Shown here: positions 39,144-48,850 of the stretch, piece after piece
Layout: every line of letters begins with the position of its first letter
Position numbering within the stretch: position 1 is the first letter of the stretch
Source of the DNA: an uncultured Candidatus Saccharibacteria bacterium
GTDB lineage: Bacteria > Patescibacteriota > Minisyncoccia > Phycocordibacterales > CAIZLB01
Direction: 5' to 3'
Assembly: GCA_964368945.1 (NCBI GenBank)
Contig: CAYJDM010000004.1
Span: 8,577 to 72,576, forward strand
DNA length: 64,000 bases
Notes under the pieces: generated by a model
The model's database searches: none
Seen by the model: only the letters and a program-made list of their open reading frames with translations
Told to the model about the DNA's origin: nothing
Position numbers and translations under genes: made by a program

Positions 39144-40157
39144 TTATGCATCCGCATCGGCGCCGGCGCCGCCACTCTCGCCTGCCTTATCGCCGCGCTG
39201 CATCGCTTCGATGAATCCGTCGATTTCGCCGCCGAGGACTTTGTCCACTTGGCTCGTTTCGAAACCCGTTCTATGATCCTTGACCATCTTGTATGGATGC
39301 ACGACATATGAGCGGATCTGGCTTCCCCATTCATTGTCCGTCGTCTTTGAAACATACATGCCTTTTTCTTTTGCCAATCGCTCTTCCTCTTCGCGAGCAT
39401 AGAGCTTGGCCTTGATGATGGCGAGAGCGCGCTCCTTATTCTGCGCCTGAGATCGCTCATTGCTGACATGCGCGGAAATCTTGGTCGGCCTATGCACGAT
39501 GCGCACCGCTGTCTCGCGCTTATTCACATTCTGTCCGCCAGGTCCGCCCGCTCGCGCATAGGTGATATCGAGATCGTCATCGGGAATCTCCATCGCTTCC
39601 GCGCCGCTTTTGCCGCCTTTGCCACCAGTGTCGAATTTCGGAATAGTTTCGACGAGCGCGAAGCTGGTATGCCGCATCTGCTTTGCATTGAAAGGAGAGA
39701 TTCGCACGAGCCGATGCACGCCGCTCTCATGCTTGAGCAAACCGTACGGCCCCATCCCATTGCTCTTGCCGCTGATCTCGAATGAGATATTTCTATAGCC
39801 GCCATGATCGTTCTCATGCTCATGAAGGATGCCTGCGGCCCAGCCTTTTTTCGCAATATATTTCGAATACATCTGAAAAAGCATCGATACGAAATCCTCC
39901 GAATCGTCTCCGCCTGCGCCAGCGAAAATCGTGACGATCGCACCTCCGCCATCATATGGCCCGGCATTCGCATCCTTTATGCGCGGACCATTTTCGAGCT
40001 CATCCTTGAGATCCTGATATTCCGCGACCACGGCCTGCGCCGCGGCATTGTCAGCCCAAAAATCCGCCTGAGACATCCTCGCCTCGATTTCTTCTATCTT
40101 TCTTTGCAGCTCGGCTTTTTCTTCCGGCGTATATTTTGGGATTTCGGTTTCTGTCAT
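39144..40157 (-). CDS. prfB: peptide chain release factor 2
   Basis: SPF tripeptide (RISPFNAKQ) and GGQ motif ([19 protein letters not shown]). There is a TATAAT at about 25 nt upstream of the ATG. No in-frame UGA frameshift site was seen. Confidence 0.85.
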   Translation of the reverse strand: MTETEIPKYTPEEKAELQRKIEEIEARMSQADFWADNAAAQAVVAEYQDLKDELENGPRIKDANAGPYDGGGAIVTIFAGAGGDDSEDFVSMLFQMYSKYIAKKGWAAGILHEHENDHGGYRNISFEISGKSNGMGPYGLLKHESGVHRLVRISPFNAKQMRHTSFALVETIPKFDTGGKGGKSGAEAMEIPDDDLDITYARAGGPGGQNVNKRETAVRIVHRPTKISAHVSNERSQAQNKERALAIIKAKLYAREEEERLAKEKGMYVSKTTDNEWGSQIRSYVVHPYKMVKDHRTGFETSQVDKVLGGEIDGFIEAMQRGDKAGESGGAGADADA

Positions 40158-41182
40158 TTGTGATGATTAGAGTGAGGCCATTATACTATCTTATGAGAAA
40201 AAAGGACCGTCGCCCGTGCTGTGAATTTGTCGTGACCCCTCATATGAGTGGAATAACATCATCAAAAAGCATTATGGGCAACGGTCCACGGCAATGAGCC
40301 GGGCGGTATCTGATCTGAGCCAAACCCAGAAACAGAGGGGCTATGCCCTGAGTTCTTTTGGCGGAGGAACGGCCTCCGAGAACAACAGGTACCCTACCTC
40401 GCATGATACGGCTTCGAATAGCCGCATAGCCGTTTTGCCAAAGACGGTTCGCGAGAGCTCCGCCTTGTCGAATCGTTGGCGGCGGCCTCCCATTCGACGA
40501 AGCAGTAGTAATACTGCCAGAAAATCCATTTTGCGCAATCGCCATCCGCCCGCGCAAACCTCGCGATAGGCGAAATATAAAAAAATATACGAAAAAAGCG
40601 TCGCCATTGGCGTCGCTTCTATATTGGTGCGGCATCCGGCCGCAGCGCACTCGCCACCTCGGCGAGTTTTGCTGCGGCCGGAGCCTTTCCTCCCTCCGGT
40701 ATATGCGGGATAGACTGACGCTCTCCCTCCCCTTAAGAGGAGTAGCGTTGCATCTGACCGGAAGCTGTATCAAAAATCAAAAGATCGAACTTGGAATTGA
40801 ATGGATCGGGACGCCTGGCCCCGAGCCGGTGATCGCAATAGGCCCTATGGCCTTGCTCACGAATATCAGAGGGAAACCTGCAGGAAACCCATCCTTAACG
40901 TATCTTGCAGCGATCACCGGCTCTGCCTTTTTTCACGTACCTCAAACCACACTCCAAGCCAATCCGATCTCATCGATCAAGTGCGGCGACCATCGCCGAC
41001 AACCACGCGCTCGAGCGCCCCCTGCCGCGGAAAGTACCCGGCGCATGGTTGCCAGCAAATGGTTTGCCGCCTCAACTGATGAGAAGATTTCATGCGGCCT
41101 CATTGGCGCGCACCGAGCTGAATTTGGCATTGCTGCGCATTCGCTCTCCTGCATATAATCGTATGCCTATGCTGGCCGACTG

Positions 41183-42283
41183 TCAAATCTCTTGTGGAGG
41201 GCGATTGTTGACAAATGTCTGAGCAAAGCTTTCCTTATCATCCTTCTCGACGGAATCGAATCGGCCTTCAAAAGCCTTTGACCACATCGTGATTTCCCTC
41301 TTTGTCTTATCCGTACCATGCGAGATGAACCAATGGCCGATCTCATCGTCGGTAAGGCCGCGCGCGACGGACTTCTCGAATTCTTCCGGATCGATATCCT
41401 TGAATGCGAATAATTTCTGCTCAAGCGGGCCATTGAACTTGAAGGCGCCGAGCTTATGAGTAAGATGAGCGCGACAGACATCGATGGTTCTAGCAAGGAG
41501 GACGAACCCGGCGATTTTTTCATATGGACTTCGCGGAGGCACCAATCGCAAATCGCGGGCATAATGATGAACCAGAGAATTCACATCTATGCTTCCGAGA
41601 TAATTCGTCTCGAGCACATCCTCATCATCAGAGAACCAAAGCTCAAGCCATCGATGGATGATATTCGAGCTCGCTGGCAATAGATTGAAAAGAATGGCGA
41701 TCGTAAACACGATCAGCGAGACATTCGTATCCCAGAATCCTACGATGATTGCAAAGAGGGCCGCAAAAACGGGAAATAGAATTCGGATATACCCGCTGCG
41801 ATGATCCGCCTTGGTGATCGGTACGGTTTCGATGTGAGGGCTATGCTCTGCATGTTTTCTCATCCAGAACAAAACCAATCCGATCAGGATGACATTCACC
41901 CCATAGACTACGATCGCTATGATATTGTGATTGTATTGTCCGAGCAGATGCGCGGTGAACGGCACGAATACGATCGTGAGAAAGAAGAGCGCATTGATAT
42001 TTGCAAAAGGCACCGTCACATTCTTTGAATAGACCGAAGCGATATAGTGATGGGCGCGCCAGTATGTAAAAAGCAAAGCGAAGCTCAGGATCAGGCTGAC
42101 GAGCACCGGCCAGCTCTTTTCAAGCTCATGCCAGAGTATGCCCGGGCTATTCGAAGCGACCGTCGGCACATGCAATTCGATAGCGAGGAGCGTCATTACG
42201 ATTGCGAATATTCCGTCGGCGAGCCCATCGAGTCTTTGTTGTTTCATTTGTAAATATTCTAGCATCAAATTTCCGCGCCGCAT
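41183..42283 (-). CDS. TMEM175/DUF1211-family potassium channel with C-terminal cytosolic domain
   Basis: Signature RLDGLADGIFAIVMTLLAIEL at the start of TM1 and six TM helices. A C-terminal soluble domain of ~150 aa follows. Confidence 0.6.
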   Translation of the reverse strand: MRRGNLMLEYLQMKQQRLDGLADGIFAIVMTLLAIELHVPTVASNSPGILWHELEKSWPVLVSLILSFALLFTYWRAHHYIASVYSKNVTVPFANINALFFLTIVFVPFTAHLLGQYNHNIIAIVVYGVNVILIGLVLFWMRKHAEHSPHIETVPITKADHRSGYIRILFPVFAALFAIIVGFWDTNVSLIVFTIAILFNLLPASSNIIHRWLELWFSDDEDVLETNYLGSIDVNSLVHHYARDLRLVPPRSPYEKIAGFVLLARTIDVCRAHLTHKLGAFKFNGPLEQKLFAFKDIDPEEFEKSVARGLTDDEIGHWFISHGTDKTKREITMWSKAFEGRFDSVEKDDKESFAQTFVNNRPPQEI

Positions 42284-42528
42284 ATGTATTCCCCAATCTT
42301 GTCCTCGTCGATTGATTTTTATTAAAAAATTACAAAGTGCCTCCTGCGAAGGAGGGTCGGGAGAGAAATTGGGAAAAAGAAAAAGGCGAAGCGTCCGAAT
42401 TGGATTTGCTTCACCTATAGGGTGGGCGCTAACGGCAGATGCTTAAGACATATGCAGAGAGCGAAAGAAAGAGCTGGAAAGAACGGTTACGGCTGCGGAA
42501 TAATCCGCGACTGTTTCTTGTTGGGGGT

Positions 42529-42597
42529 GGAACGCCCTGGGTCGTTCGAGCCGACCAGGCAGGAAAAGCACTTTTGTGCTGTGACCCAGGGCGTTCC
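42529..42597 (-). ncRNA. structured leader element (15-bp stem GGAACGCCCUGGGUC / GACCCAGGGCGUUCC with internal hairpins)
   Basis: Perfect 15-bp inverted repeat enclosing two small hairpins (GGTCG-TTCGAGC-CGACC and GCAC-TTTT-GTGC). It sits inside the long 5' leader of the channel gene, upstream of two hairpin-plus-U-tract elements. Confidence 0.4.
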
Positions 42598-42632
42598 GGT
42601 TACCAACAAGTCATGGTCCGTACCTGATGAAT

Positions 42633-42661
42633 AGTATATTACAAACCACAGGCAAAGTCAA
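42633..42661 (-). promoter_or_regulatory. sigma70-like promoter (TTGACT-17-TATACT) reading toward the K+ channel gene
   Basis: rc of 42656-42661 is TTGACT, a 17-nt spacer, and rc of 42633-42638 is TATACT. It would give a ~340-nt leader. Confidence 0.45.
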
Positions 42662-42712
42662 TAGCCCTGGATCGGCATCTCATTTCCAGGGCGGATTAGA
42701 GCCTTTTCCCGC

Positions 42713-43132
42713 CTATTCAGTCGGTTCGGTATTTTTTTCACCAGGAGGAGACTTCTTGAAAGCGCCGGTCACGGAGTCCCAGAATTTTTTCATAAAGCCT
42801 CTCGTATCCTCTACGGGCACAGGCAATTTCTCATCGACGACGACGATAACGCCCTCATCAGCCTTGACCACATCGAATTTTGAGCGGATCTCGGACTCTA
42901 TCCCCTCTTCGGTTCGGAGCCGGCTATTGTTGGCGGAGACGCTTGCGAGGCGCGAATCGAGCTCGGCTTTCTTTTTTTCCAATAATTCCAACTCCATCCT
43001 GCTGCTGCTCTCCTTCGCATAGACGCTGAGCACGCCGCGGCCGATGAAGATGACAATGATAAGCAGCACCAATACCGATGTCTTGGAGTATAGGCGCTTC
43101 TTTATCTTTTGCTTGTCTTGAAATTCTCGCAT
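42713..43132 (-). CDS. septum formation initiator (FtsB/DivIC-like)
   Basis: N-terminal TM helix followed by a coiled coil (LELLEKKKAELDSRLASVSANNSRLRTE), ~140 aa. Confidence 0.5.
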   Translation of the reverse strand: MREFQDKQKIKKRLYSKTSVLVLLIIVIFIGRGVLSVYAKESSSRMELELLEKKKAELDSRLASVSANNSRLRTEEGIESEIRSKFDVVKADEGVIVVVDEKLPVPVEDTRGFMKKFWDSVTGAFKKSPPGEKNTEPTE

Positions 43133-43178
43133 AATGCCTAGATTGAATAGACGTATTATAGTACACTATCAAGCACTT

Positions 43179-43295
43179 ATGCTATTCGACCCCCGAGCCA
43201 AGAAAGCCATCAAGATTGTCTGGTATATCCTCGTCATCCTGATCATCATTTCAATGATCCTCTTGTATATGCCAGGAATTTCAGCGTATTAGAGT
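43179..43295 (+). CDS. small membrane protein (38 aa), tentative
   Basis: MLFDPRAKKAIKIVWYILVILIIISMILLYMPGISAY. Followed by a GC hairpin plus T-run at ~43318-43352. Confidence 0.3.
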
Positions 43296-43317
43296 CTAGA
43301 GAGTTTTTATATAAAAA

Positions 43318-43352
43318 GGCAAGCCCGTATCGGCGAACCGATACGGGCTGTT
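43318..43352 (+). terminator. intrinsic terminator (GCCCGTATCGG-CGAA-CCGATACGGGC then TGTTTAT)
   Basis: 11-bp stem followed by a U-rich tract. Confidence 0.5.
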
Positions 43353-43389
43353 TATGATTCAATACGGCTAGCATAGCGGCAACCTCCAT

Positions 43390-43929
43390 CTAAACACTGG
43401 AAGTAACCGCCCCTGAAAGACGCGGTGTCGGAATCGTCCTCACGAGAATGACCTCGGCATCCATATGACCATAATCGACCAGAAGGATTGCGCCGTCTCT
43501 GTTTCTCGCGAACTGTTCAGCCCTCAGAGAGTCACATACTTGCCCAGCCGCTTGATCGAGCCGGGCCAACGGAGATTCGCGGCGTATGTCTTCTTGGCTG
43601 ACCCTGTCGCCTGATGACTGGATGTTCACGATTCCGAAAAGCAGGCTGCATTTCACGGGCATCACGCGAGGATCATGCGAACGTTTCCAATACGCATATT
43701 CCTGACGATTGCTCCGAACCCCTGCTCGAAGGTATTCCATAAGCACGAACTTCATCGGCATATTGTAGCGATGGCGCATTATTGGCCAAAGAATTATTCG
43801 AGCGAAGAAGCGTATGAGCCTGAATCTTGCAAACTTGATAGCAAAGGGGCCGGCAATTATCACAAACCGGGTTGTTCCGTAAGCGCATCTGATTTTCATG
43901 CTTTCCTTTCTATGCCACGGTAGCGGCAA
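43390..43929 (-). CDS. hypothetical protein
   Basis: 179-aa ORF with no clear motif. Coding assignment is weak. Confidence 0.3.
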   Translation of the reverse strand: MPLPWHRKESMKIRCAYGTTRFVIIAGPFAIKFARFRLIRFFARIILWPIMRHRYNMPMKFVLMEYLRAGVRSNRQEYAYWKRSHDPRVMPVKCSLLFGIVNIQSSGDRVSQEDIRRESPLARLDQAAGQVCDSLRAEQFARNRDGAILLVDYGHMDAEVILVRTIPTPRLSGAVTSSV

Positions 43930-44131
43930 TTTGGTTTTGTTTTTTGGTGTTGTTCTTTGGAAAAAACAACGGAACTTTTTTACACAAGGATATGCCTAGC
44001 ACACCCGCATGTCAAATGTAAAAAAATGAACCGAGAAAGAACCTTATGCACCTTATGCACTCAAGCCATTAGACAGACGGCTTGCACAGGCATAGACTTA
44101 TGGTAGAGGAAGCCAGTCGCACGGATATACC

Positions 44132-45166
44132 TTGGACGAGTTTTCATCTATACAAAACAGACATATTCGGAAAATCAAAGCCATGAACCTTGAAAATGGT
44201 GATGTTCCAGACAACGGGTCCCCGACCCATATCCACTCGGGCATTCAGAGAGCTGCGCTCATCATGACCGCATACTCCGCGCTCGATCAAGCAGCATCTG
44301 AATCGCGAATCGAAGCCGCATCAAATACCGCGCTGCCGCAGATCATCGCAAAGGATGCGCCACGGCAGAAAGCAGATGCCAAAAGAATAACAGAGCAGGA
44401 ATGGCGCGATATGCTCGCGGCAGTCCGGCCATTGCCGCATAGTCGCGGCACGATATTGCTCATGCTCTTTCGCCATTGCGTCGGCGAGACCAGCCTATTT
44501 GTCCCGATTGAAGCATTGCGCGCTACCAAGAAAGAGCGGATCAAAAGCGTGCAAAGCGTCGAAGCCCTCATTGCCGAAATCAATGACAAGCTGCGAAACC
44601 GCACCAAGACGCCCTTTCTCCTCTATCGCACTCCCGCATACGGACCGACGATCACGGGCTATTCTCTCGAGCGCCGGCCGCTTGCCTCATCGAAAAGAGA
44701 CCGAGGCCGCAGGACACGCGCAGAGACCGAAGCGGATCGCAAAGCCGCATCAGAGACTCATCCGATGCCAGCCGAGGAACCTTCTGCGCCGGCCGCAGCC
44801 GAAGCATCAGCGCCCTTGTCTCTCGACCCGCAGCATTCGGATCTCAGCAAGGACCAATGGTCCGCTTTGGGACAATTGCTCGAGCAAAATGCCGAAGATT
44901 GGAACTGGCATCCATTGCTCAATCATATATATGAATCGAAGCCGAATCCGGTTCCGCTTGTCGAGCTCGACGTCATTGCCAAAGGCTGCGGCAATTCTTA
45001 CCAATATGCCTGGGGCACTGCAATCGTGCAGGTCAATAAATGGCTGCAGAAAAAATCCCTGCCCTATCGCATCATGCGCTGCCCATCTGAACGCATCGCG
45101 GGCTTCAAGAAATCGCATAACATATATGCCGGCAATGTGACGCTCTATCTGCTGTCGCAATCATGA
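44132..45166 (+). CDS. hypothetical protein
   Basis: 344-aa ORF (true start possibly at Met18, MNLENG). A terminator hairpin follows at ~45298-45335. Confidence 0.4.
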   Translation: MDEFSSIQNRHIRKIKAMNLENGDVPDNGSPTHIHSGIQRAALIMTAYSALDQAASESRIEAASNTALPQIIAKDAPRQKADAKRITEQEWRDMLAAVRPLPHSRGTILLMLFRHCVGETSLFVPIEALRATKKERIKSVQSVEALIAEINDKLRNRTKTPFLLYRTPAYGPTITGYSLERRPLASSKRDRGRRTRAETEADRKAASETHPMPAEEPSAPAAAEASAPLSLDPQHSDLSKDQWSALGQLLEQNAEDWNWHPLLNHIYESKPNPVPLVELDVIAKGCGNSYQYAWGTAIVQVNKWLQKKSLPYRIMRCPSERIAGFKKSHNIYAGNVTLYLLSQS

Positions 45167-45443
45167 TAGAGATTAAGTTTTGATAAAATTAAAAACAATT
45201 GCGGCAAAAACCCAAGGCACCTGGCACCCACCATCTCCAGGACACCTTGCGGCATGCATTCACCGCATGCCGAGCGCGCACCGTGCGTGCAAAAAAACAA
45301 GCGCCCACCACCTCACAGGTCGGGCGCCTTTTTAGTTCGCGCGATTTTATTTTTATGAAAAAAGAGAAAACCGGTCCCGGCGCTGAAGCGCACCGGGACC
45401 GGCTGATAACAGTTTTATATGCTCACGAGAAGAAATAGCGGAC

Positions 45444-46490
45444 TTACTTTTTCTTCTTCTGCTTCGCTTTGTCGAACTGCGCATCGAAGACGATGTTCGA
45501 CGGCGGGAAGTCGATCTTTTTGACGTAGGCGCAGGACTCGGTAGCGCCGAACTCGCGATCCATGCCGCCGTCTTCCCATTCGACGCTGAGCGGGCCCTTG
45601 TAGCCGATGTCATTCAGCGCGCGGATGATCTTCTCGAAGTCGATGTCGCCGCGGCCCACGGACTTGAAGTCCCAGTAACGGTTAGGCTTGTGAAAATCCA
45701 CGTGACCGCCGAAGACCCCGGCTTCATTGCCCAGATTCCAGGCCACGTCTTTCATGTGGACGTGGAAAATCCGATCGTAAAACTTGCGGATGAAACCGAC
45801 ATAGTCCACGCCTTGGTAGCCGAAGTGCGACGGATCGTAATTGAAGCCGAATGCCGGATGGTAATCGACGGCCTGGAGCGCGCGCTCGGCGCTGGCGATG
45901 TCAAAAGCGATTTCCGTCGGATGGACTTCCAAAGCGAATTTGACCCCGCAGTTCTGGAATTCATCGAGGATCGGACCGAACCGATTTGCGAAATCCTTGT
46001 AGCCGGCATCGATCTGTCCCGGAAGAACGGGAGGGAAGCTATAGCACAGGTGCCAGATGCTCGAGCCGGTGAATCCATTGACCACGTTGACTCCGAATTT
46101 CTGTGCGGCCCTTGCGGTCAGCTTCAGCTCGTCGGCGGCGCGTTGACGCACCCCCTCGGGATCGCCGTCACCGTAGACATGATCCGGGAGGATCACTTTG
46201 TGGCGCTCGTCGATCAGGTCGCAGACGGCCTGGCCAACGAGATGGGTCGAGATCGCATGGCATTCGAGACCGGTGTGCTCAAGCGCTCCGCGAAGTTCAG
46301 GACAATACTTTTCGTCAGAGACGGCTTTGCCAGGATCGAAATGATCGCCCCAGCAAGCCAGCTCGACGCCGTCATAGCCGAAGCGTTTGATCATTTCGGC
46401 CAGCGGCTTGGCTTGGCCCTTGGCTTCATTGACACCAAAGAGCGAGAAATCGGCCCATTGGCCGGTGAATAGAGTTACGGGTCTTGACAT
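45444..46490 (-). CDS. sugar phosphate isomerase/epimerase (xylose isomerase-like TIM barrel)
   Basis: [22 protein letters not shown] and other TIM-barrel metal-site signatures. Followed by a terminator hairpin at ~45372-45405. Confidence 0.7.
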   Translation of the reverse strand: MSRPVTLFTGQWADFSLFGVNEAKGQAKPLAEMIKRFGYDGVELACWGDHFDPGKAVSDEKYCPELRGALEHTGLECHAISTHLVGQAVCDLIDERHKVILPDHVYGDGDPEGVRQRAADELKLTARAAQKFGVNVVNGFTGSSIWHLCYSFPPVLPGQIDAGYKDFANRFGPILDEFQNCGVKFALEVHPTEIAFDIASAERALQAVDYHPAFGFNYDPSHFGYQGVDYVGFIRKFYDRIFHVHMKDVAWNLGNEAGVFGGHVDFHKPNRYWDFKSVGRGDIDFEKIIRALNDIGYKGPLSVEWEDGGMDREFGATESCAYVKKIDFPPSNIVFDAQFDKAKQKKKK

Positions 46491-46823
46491 GATATGTAGG
46501 AGCGTTCAGCTCGGTTGTAGTTTGGATTGCGGGTTTATCAGGGGATATCTCATACCAATTTCCACGAAGAAGACGTAGCGATTGAGATGAGAAGCATGGG
46601 CTTTTTTATACAAAAAGCCGACGATTCTCATCTCAATGCACATGGCAAAGAACCTAGTTCAGGCGAAATAGTACACGAGAAATTCATTTGGTCAATGCCC
46701 CTTTTTTTGGGTGGCATTAGCACTAGCCGGAGAATAGAAAAGGGTCCCAGGGACTTTAGTCGTTCGACGGAACGACTACCGAGTAATTTTTCAGCAGAAA
46801 AATTACGTTCCTTTGAGGTTGTT

Positions 46824-48695
46824 TCACTCGCCTGTCTTCATCATCTTGAGGAAAACTTCATGAGGGATATTCACATTTCCCTGTCCTCGCTCCTTCATCT
46901 TCTTTTTACCCTTCTTCTGCTTGTCGAGAAGCTTATTCTTTCGCGTGACATCGCCGCCATAGAGATGGCCGATAACGTCCTTGCGCATAGCGGACTTCGT
47001 TCGAGATGCGACGATGCGCCCATTGGCCTGAGCCTGGATCTTTGTGACGAACATCTGATGCGGCAATACGGCTTCCAATTTGTCGACGGCCTTATTTCCC
47101 TCCTCATCGATGCGGCGCTCCGCAATCACTCGCGTGAATGCTTCGACAGGCTCCCCTGCTACGAGAATATCCATGCGCACCACTTCAGCCTTGCGCAAAG
47201 ATTCGAATTCATATGAAAGAGATGCATAGCCTGACGAAACGCTTTTCAATTCATCGAAAAAGTTTCGCATCAATTCTCTAAGCGGCATCTTGATATGCAT
47301 GCTCGTTCGCCCATCGCCGAATGTCTCCGAATCGACAAGCTCGCCTTCATGATCATAGAGCAGCTGATATACGGGGCCGACATAATCCGAAGGAGAGATG
47401 ATATTGAGCTTCATCCATGGCTCATGCACTTCGAGATAGTTTCCATGATCAGGGAAAAGCGATGGCGAATATACCGTGACTTCCTTGCCATTCTTGAGCT
47501 TCACTTCATAGGTGATGCTTGGCGTGGCGATGACGAGCTCGAGATTGAATTCGCGCTTCAATCGCTCGGTGATGATTTCGAGATGAAGCAGCCCGAGGAA
47601 TCCGCAGCGGAATCCGCGACCTAATGAGCCAGATGATTCTTCTTCATGAGAAAAAGCCGAGTCCGACAATCGCAATCGTCCGAGCGCCTGCTTCAGCAAT
47701 TCGAAATCGTCAGCATCCTCCGGATATACGGATGCCCAGACCACGGGTGCCGGCTGCATATATCCTGCAAGCTCAGGCAGAGGTTTTTTATACAAAGTAA
47801 TAGTATCTCCTACCGATGCGATGCCGGGACGCTTGATTCCCGTCACGATATAGCCGGTTTCTCCAGCATTCAATCGCTCAACAGGAACTTCCTCAGGCGT
47901 AAAGATTCCGACTTCGAGGGCATTGAATTTTTCATCTGCAATCTTGAATAAGAGATCATCGCCCTTCGCAACGGATCCTTCCATCACGCGGATATATACG
48001 ATGACGCCCTTATGATTCGAATACTGAAAATCGAAGACCAGAGCGCGCAATGAATTCGAATTCTCGATCTCCTCATGCGGCGGCGGAATATGCTTGATGA
48101 TTTCCTGGAATAAAACATCGACGCCTTGCCCTGTCTTTCCAGATGTCGCCATGATGTCTTCGGGCTTGCAGCCGAGCAATGTGCACATTTCCTTTTTGAT
48201 ATCGTCGATGCGAGCGAGCGGCGAATCCACTTTGCTGAGAACCGGGATGATAGTGAGACCCGTATCGCGCGCCATGCGAAGCGTCGTCAATGTCTGTGCC
48301 TGTACGCCCTGCGTCGCATCAACGAGAAGAATGCATCCTTCTACGGCCTTGAGCGCTCGCGATACTTCATATGAAAAGTCGATATGTCCCGGAGTATCGA
48401 TGAGGTTAAGCTGAAATTCCTCGCCCGCCTTATACGCATGCGCGGTAACGCTGCCGGTCTTTTCGTCGATAGCCTCTGCATTGAGATCTATCGGCGACTT
48501 ATATCTCATCTGCACAGGCCGCATCTTGATCGTAATTCCTTTCTCCCGCTCCAGTTCCATATTGTCGAGGACCTGATCCATCATCTTGCGCTTTTCGATG
48601 GTATGTGTGAGCTCAAGCATTCGATCGGCCAGCGTAGACTTGCCATGATCGATATGGGCGATGATGCTGAAATTGCGGATATTGGATAGTTTCAT
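46824..48695 (-). CDS. lepA: elongation factor 4 (LepA)
   Basis: IRNFSIIAHIDHGKSTLADR G1 motif, DTPGH, NKID, and the LepA C-terminal domain. The start was moved to the Met before MKLSNIRNF. The track ORF is extended by 47 codons upstream. Confidence 0.9.
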   Translation of the reverse strand: MKLSNIRNFSIIAHIDHGKSTLADRMLELTHTIEKRKMMDQVLDNMELEREKGITIKMRPVQMRYKSPIDLNAEAIDEKTGSVTAHAYKAGEEFQLNLIDTPGHIDFSYEVSRALKAVEGCILLVDATQGVQAQTLTTLRMARDTGLTIIPVLSKVDSPLARIDDIKKEMCTLLGCKPEDIMATSGKTGQGVDVLFQEIIKHIPPPHEEIENSNSLRALVFDFQYSNHKGVIVYIRVMEGSVAKGDDLLFKIADEKFNALEVGIFTPEEVPVERLNAGETGYIVTGIKRPGIASVGDTITLYKKPLPELAGYMQPAPVVWASVYPEDADDFELLKQALGRLRLSDSAFSHEEESSGSLGRGFRCGFLGLLHLEIITERLKREFNLELVIATPSITYEVKLKNGKEVTVYSPSLFPDHGNYLEVHEPWMKLNIISPSDYVGPVYQLLYDHEGELVDSETFGDGRTSMHIKMPLRELMRNFFDELKSVSSGYASLSYEFESLRKAEVVRMDILVAGEPVEAFTRVIAERRIDEEGNKAVDKLEAVLPHQMFVTKIQAQANGRIVASRTKSAMRKDVIGHLYGGDVTRKNKLLDKQKKGKKKMKERGQGNVNIPHEVFLKMMKTGE

Positions 48696-48850
48696 CGTGT
48701 TTAAGAATTCCTCTACGTCGGGACTTTGCCTTCTTGCGATTCCGCAGGAGTTGTTAGAGCCCGAATAAGTAGGCCGAGGACTTAGCAAGAAGGCAAATGT
48801 CTTGAGGTAGAGGGTACTATAAAGGTTTTTCCCCATTGGGGCAATACTTC

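Noticed and set aside
38582-39311. Plus-strand ORFs of 143-214 aa over ftsE
   Set aside because: They are antisense to a strongly supported ABC ATPase gene.
39144-40240. Programmed +1 frameshift site in prfB
   Set aside because: No upstream out-of-frame segment or CUU-UGA slippery site was found. The ORF starts cleanly at an ATG with a TATAAT upstream.
40650-40760. Possible RNase P RNA (rnpB) on the minus strand, based on a P3-like hairpin and a GGAGGGAGGAAAGG stretch
   Set aside because: The P4 strand (AGUCCGGGCUCC) is absent. The conserved GGUAAGAGCGCACC module and the 3' ACAGAACCCGGCUUA could not be found downstream. The similarity is probably chance purine-rich sequence, so it is kept only as an unexplained non-coding region.
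46527-47216. 229-aa plus-strand ORF
   Set aside because: It is antisense to the lepA C-terminal region.
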